From sequence record OW991346: a stretch of 40,137 bases of DNA, one strand, 5' to 3'. Below are positions 36,675 to 40,137 of this stretch, piece after piece. The number at the start of each line of letters is the position of its first letter. Position 1 is the stretch's first letter. Made by a program: the position numbers and the translations under genes. Origin of the DNA: Escherichia phage vB_Eco_Bam. A model generated the notes under the pieces. The model was not told where the DNA came from, ran no database searches, and worked only from the letters and a program-made list of their open reading frames with translations.

Positions 36675-36695
36675 AGCAACTAAGGAGGTTAAATT

Positions 36696-36941
36696 ATGAC
36701 CGAAAGTGATAACGCTACGCAAAATCTGAGTAGAAGTCCTTATGGATTATGGTCAGAAATTGAAGGATTGCGTAGTCTGGCAGACACTTTGATAGGTGGA
36801 GAGATGCCTATGGAGGTGTACAACGCTCTGACTCCTGAGCAAAAGAAGATTACCCTTAACGTAACCAAGGCGTGTTCACAATGTGCTACTGCCTTAGAGA
36901 AGTTTCAAGAGGAGGTACTAAATGTCGGCTGCCCAAAGTAA
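36696..36941 (+). CDS. hypothetical protein (T7 gene 18.5 position, no transmembrane segment)
   Basis: 81 aa; strong RBS AAGGAGGT; follows the RNase III-like site as T7 gene 18.5 does, but has no hydrophobic N-terminus. Confidence 0.55.
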   Translation: MTESDNATQNLSRSPYGLWSEIEGLRSLADTLIGGEMPMEVYNALTPEQKKITLNVTKACSQCATALEKFQEEVLNVGCPK

Positions 36942-38694
36942 CAAAGACAAACTCATTCTAGCTCGCCTGAAGGCTGACTTTGTGGCGTTCCTCTTTGTCC
37001 TGTGGAAAGCGTTGAACCTTCCTAAGCCTACTCGGTGTCAAATCGACATGGCTAGAAAGCTCGCTGCTGGCTCTGAGAGACGTTTTATCCTTCAGGCATT
37101 TCGTGGTATTGGTAAGTCCTTTATCACCTGTGCGTTCGTTGTATGGAAGCTCTGGAACAATCCTCAGTTGAAGTTCATGATTGTGTCTGCTTCAAAGGAA
37201 CGTGCTGACGCTAACTCCATCTTTATCAAGCGTATCATTGACCTGTTACCGTTCTTGCATGAGCTGAAACCTAAGCCTAACCAACGTGACTCTGTAATCA
37301 GCTTTGATGTTGGTCTAGCGAAACCTGACCACTCTCCTTCAGTTAAGTCTGTTGGTATCACTGGTCAGTTGACTGGTAGCCGTGCTGACATCCTGATTGC
37401 GGACGACGTTGAGGTTCCTAACAACAGTTCCACACAGGCTGCTCGTGACCGCCTAGGTGAGCTTGTAAAGGAGTTTGACGCTATCTTGAAGCCTGAGGGT
37501 ACTATCATCTACCTTGGTACTCCACAATGCGAAATGACGCTGTACAGAGAGCTTGAGAACCGTGGTTACACTACTACCATCTGGCCTGCTCGTTATCCTA
37601 AAGACCGCAAAGACCTTGAGTCGTACGGCACACGCTTAGCTCCTATGCTTCTGGAAGACCTTGAGGAAAACCCTGAGGCCATGTGGTGGACACCTACTGA
37701 CCCTGTACGCTTCGATGATGAAGACCTGCGGGAACGTGAGTTGTCATATGGTAAGGCTGGCTTTGCGTTACAGTTCATGTTGAACCCTAACCTGAGTGAT
37801 GCCGAGAAGTATCCACTCAAGTGTCGTGACTTCATTGTGGCGGCTGTAGGTGATGACTTTGCGCCTTTGACCTACCAATGGCTACCTAACCACGAGAACC
37901 TAGCTGGGAACGTCCCTGCGGTGGGTTTGAAGGGAGACACATACCACTACTACCACGTAGCAGATAAGCGCACTGCGGCCTTCTCAGGCAAGATTCTGGC
38001 TATTGACCCTAGTGGTCGTGGTAAGGATGAAACAGGGTATGCTGTCTTGTACTTCCTCAATGGCTACATCTATGTGATGGCTATGGGTGGCTTCCGAGGT
38101 GGTTACGATGATGAAACCCTTGAGAAGCTAGCTAAGGTTGCCAAGCGATGGAAAGTCAATGAGGTTCTGGTGGAAGGTAACTTTGGTGACGGTATGTACC
38201 TCAAAGTGTTCTCTCCGGTACTGGCTCGTATTCATCCTTGTACGTTGACTGAGACTAAGAGTAAAGGTCAGAAGGAACAACGTATTGCTGATACCATCGA
38301 ACCTGTCTTAGGTGCTCACCGTATGGTTATCACTGAGGATGCAATTCGTCACGACTATCAGACTGCTCGTAATATTGATGGTCAGCATGACATTAAGTAT
38401 TGCTGCATGTATCAACTTACACGTCTGACTCGTGAACGCGGCGCATTGGCTCACGATGACCGTCTGGACGCATTGGCAATCGGGGTGGCATATTTCCTTG
38501 AGTCAATCGAGAAAGACGCTCAGAAAGGCGCTGAGGAGCTTACAGAGGAATGGTTGGAAGACCAACTCAATGCTGAACGCATCAGTGACCAACTGAGTGA
38601 CTACATTGTGCATCAAGGCGATGTGGAAATCCGAGTAGGTTACCAAAATGAGGACGCATATTGGGTCACTAACCTAGTTGGGTTTGACCGGTGA
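36922..38694 (+). CDS. gp19: terminase large subunit (T7 gp19-like)
   Basis: 590 aa; near-collinear with T7 gp19 ([81 protein letters not shown]). Confidence 0.97.
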   Translation: MSAAQSNKDKLILARLKADFVAFLFVLWKALNLPKPTRCQIDMARKLAAGSERRFILQAFRGIGKSFITCAFVVWKLWNNPQLKFMIVSASKERADANSIFIKRIIDLLPFLHELKPKPNQRDSVISFDVGLAKPDHSPSVKSVGITGQLTGSRADILIADDVEVPNNSSTQAARDRLGELVKEFDAILKPEGTIIYLGTPQCEMTLYRELENRGYTTTIWPARYPKDRKDLESYGTRLAPMLLEDLEENPEAMWWTPTDPVRFDDEDLRERELSYGKAGFALQFMLNPNLSDAEKYPLKCRDFIVAAVGDDFAPLTYQWLPNHENLAGNVPAVGLKGDTYHYYHVADKRTAAFSGKILAIDPSGRGKDETGYAVLYFLNGYIYVMAMGGFRGGYDDETLEKLAKVAKRWKVNEVLVEGNFGDGMYLKVFSPVLARIHPCTLTETKSKGQKEQRIADTIEPVLGAHRMVITEDAIRHDYQTARNIDGQHDIKYCCMYQLTRLTRERGALAHDDRLDALAIGVAYFLESIEKDAQKGAEELTEEWLEDQLNAERISDQLSDYIVHQGDVEIRVGYQNEDAYWVTNLVGFDR

Positions 38695-38750
38695 TATGTT
38701 AACAAAGATGGTTAAATGTTAACGAATTGAGTAGATTTTTGACCATTTTG

Positions 38751-38772
38751 AATTAACACCCACTATTGGAGT
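38751..38772 (+). promoter_or_regulatory. phage RNAP promoter after the last gene (phiOR analog)
   Basis: AATTAACACCCACTATTGGAGT; no ORF downstream; followed by a structured repeat region. Confidence 0.75.
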
Positions 38773-38782
38773 ATACGACAAT

Positions 38783-38863
38783 AAGAGGGAACATTAAGTC
38801 TATAGACACTAGGAGAGTCGACCTTAGAGTAGGCACTCAGTCTGACCTTAGTGTTCCCTCTTT
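38783..38863 (+). repeat. inverted repeat AAGAGGGAACA ... TGTTCCCTCTT flanking a 59-bp spacer
   Basis: Perfect 11-bp arms at 38783-38793 and 38853-38863; spacer contains palindrome GTCTATAGAC and direct repeat GACCTTAG(A/T)GT; directly after the last phage promoter. Confidence 0.7.
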
Positions 38864-39039
38864 GTCTTGGGAGTATTCTTCATTATTAGAATAACTCCCT
38901 TCTCTTTGTGTAGAGACACTGAGGCGTATCTTGGAGGTGATTGTATGAGGAAGACTACCCTTATGGTCACCTACTATGTGGTTAAAGTTACCTTCTTGGT
39001 TTACCTGTTGGTAACCCATGCTGGCGCTTAATCTCGGTA

Positions 39040-39510
39040 TCCTTATCAGTCTACCTACGATTAAGTGTCTAGTGTCAATACCCTTATGTTAGTGACCTTA
39101 TGTGTTAACCTTAGGGTAGGTTGGTCTTAGTGTCGCCTACCTTATGTTGTTAACACTATGTTAGTCCATTTTGTACAACACTAGAAAAATCTGAGTGACC
39201 ATCTCACATATCAAGACCCATTTAATCCCCCCCATAGGGGTCAAACCTTATGTCCATCCCTTATGTCATTCCCTAAGTCTATCATTTTGTCTATCAATAG
39301 GTTTTAACTCTCGGTTGAGGTGGGGACAATAGGTGGAGACTATGGGTTTGTATCTCTATGTCTCCCTATCTGTATAGACCTTGTGTCTCCTCTCTATGTC
39401 TCTACCCTTATGTCTCCTCTCTATGTTCTATCAACTAGGCAGCATCCTACCTTATGTTAGACCCTAGGTCAATAACCTTATGTCATAGACCCTATAAATA
39501 GACCTTATCT
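39040..39510 (+). repeat. array of ~12 short direct repeats (consensus CCTTATGT) in the genome-end region
   Basis: Motif recurs at irregular spacing, e.g. ACCCTTATGTTAGTGACCTTATGTG, CTACCTTATGTTG, AACCTTATGTCCATCCCTTATGTC, CTACCCTTATGTCTCC, CTACCTTATGTTAG, AACCTTATGTCATAG; includes a 27-bp imperfect tandem at 39379-39432. Confidence 0.7.
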
Positions 39511-39521
39511 ATATAGACCAT

Positions 39522-39543
39522 AATTAACACCCACTATTGAAGA
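39522..39543 (+). promoter_or_regulatory. phage promoter-like element with altered initiation region (phiOL analog?)
   Basis: AATTAACACCCACTATTGAAGA: recognition region perfect, +2 is A instead of G. Confidence 0.4.
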
Positions 39544-39574
39544 ACAACAATCTTAATTATTTTAATATTGAGTA

Positions 39575-39603
39575 TTGACATTAGAACTTAGTGTCTATAG
39601 TAT
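39575..39603 (+). promoter_or_regulatory. sigma70-type host promoter (A1-like)
   Basis: TTGACA, 17-bp spacer, TAGTAT; AT-rich UP-like tract (TCTTAATTATTTTAATATTGAGTA) immediately upstream. Confidence 0.6.
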
Positions 39604-39703
39604 GGCGTCCATCGAAGGGAAACACGGAAACGGTGCGACTCTGAGATTACAGCGTCAAGCGGTACAAGTAGACAGCCTGCTAAGTCATACGAACAACAGG
39701 TAC

Positions 39704-39732
39704 TTGACAACAGAAACAAGAAACACTAAGAT
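39704..39732 (+). promoter_or_regulatory. sigma70-type host promoter (A2-like)
   Basis: TTGACA, 17-bp spacer, TAAGAT; same hexamers as recalled for T7 A2. Confidence 0.55.
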
Positions 39733-39774
39733 ACACCACAACGAAACAACAACAGAAACACCAACAAATAGGAG

Positions 39775-39803
39775 TTGACAATGTTCAAGTTAAAATGTAA
39801 AGT
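39775..39803 (+). promoter_or_regulatory. possible sigma70-type promoter (A3-like), overlapping a small ORF start
   Basis: TTGACA, 17-bp spacer, TAAAGT; overlaps the RBS and ATG of the 39781 ORF, so one of the two calls may be wrong. Confidence 0.3.
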
Positions 39804-39924
39804 GATGCCAATCCACAACAAACAGGGTCACACAGTATGTACACCTGATGGATTTGCGATGAATGCTCGTGTTGAACGACTGAAGCGTGAACTCAAGATG
39901 AATCGTATGCTGAACAACATCTAA
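39781..39924 (+). CDS. hypothetical small early protein
   Basis: 47 aa; RBS AGGAG 6 nt upstream of ATG; downstream of sigma70-type promoters; basic. Confidence 0.4.
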   Translation: MFKLKCKVMPIHNKQGHTVCTPDGFAMNARVERLKRELKMNRMLNNI

Positions 39925-40054
39925 TAGCTACGATAATCAAGCAACACTGCTGGTCTTGTTGTACTACGCAACTGCAAATGTAGTCGGGACGATGAAACTG
40001 CTATCCCTAAAGTTCTTTAACAATCTGGTATAAAGCGCATGTGTTGAGTTAGAA

Positions 40055-40100
40055 AGTGATTGACTCAAGGCTGCTGAATGTAGTAGCCTTTATGACAAGC
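40055..40100 (+). promoter_or_regulatory. RNase III-type processing site in the early leader (R0.3/R0.5 analog)
   Basis: ACTCAAGGCTGC-TGAATGTA-GTAGCCTTTATGA: same flanking consensus (ACTCAAGG...GGCCTTTATGA) with a divergent upper stem. Confidence 0.4.
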
Positions 40101-40137
40101 ATTTAATTTCAGCCACTATAAGATGGAGACAACAACA

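Noticed and set aside
39040-39510. Possibility that the short-repeat array is a CRISPR array
   Set aside because: Repeat units are only ~8 bp, irregularly spaced and imperfect, with no spacer structure; the location between the last gene and the early promoters fits T7-type end-flanking repeats.
39575-39778. 67-aa ORF in the early leader (MTLELSVYSMASIEGKHGNG...)
   Set aside because: Begins at a non-ATG codon that is itself the -35 hexamer of the first host promoter; the first in-frame ATG lies within the -10/start region, so promoter transcripts would not contain it; Thr/Asn-rich low-complexity product, no RBS.
40123-40137. ATG at 40123 (ATGGAGACAACAACA) as the start of a gene truncated by the window end
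   Set aside because: Only five codons visible and no clear Shine-Dalgarno upstream; cannot be supported from this window.

Overview
The window is a nearly complete T7-like podophage genome (Autographiviridae-type), rotated so that it begins exactly at the ATG of the single-subunit RNA polymerase (gene 1) and runs through the structural and packaging genes, across the genome-end region, into the left-end host-RNAP promoters. All credible genes are on the + strand; minus-strand ORFs in the track look like antisense artefacts. Gene calls rest on recalled similarity to T7 proteins, motifs and ribosome-binding sites read by eye; no searches were run. About 18 copies of a phage promoter (consensus AATTAACACCCACTATTGGAGA, which I do not recognise as the T7, T3, SP6 or K11 consensus), six copies of a two-stem RNase III-type processing hairpin, and two rho-independent terminators are visible. 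Departures from the T7 plan that deserve a second look: a SAM-dependent methyltransferase and a T4-type dNMP kinase in the DNA-metabolism region; a deoxynucleoside kinase inserted between tail tube gp12 and the internal virion proteins; a membrane-anchored coiled-coil protein directly after the RNAP; primase-helicase placed upstream of the ssb/endonuclease/lysozyme block; two extra genes between the tail fibre and the holin; no canonical Rz/Rz1 spanin pair (a 46-aa membrane protein and a 47-aa lipoprotein sit there instead); an exact 127-bp tandem duplication of the portal 3' end plus its promoter; and a repeat-rich genome-end region. Host and exact taxon cannot be determined from sequence alone.
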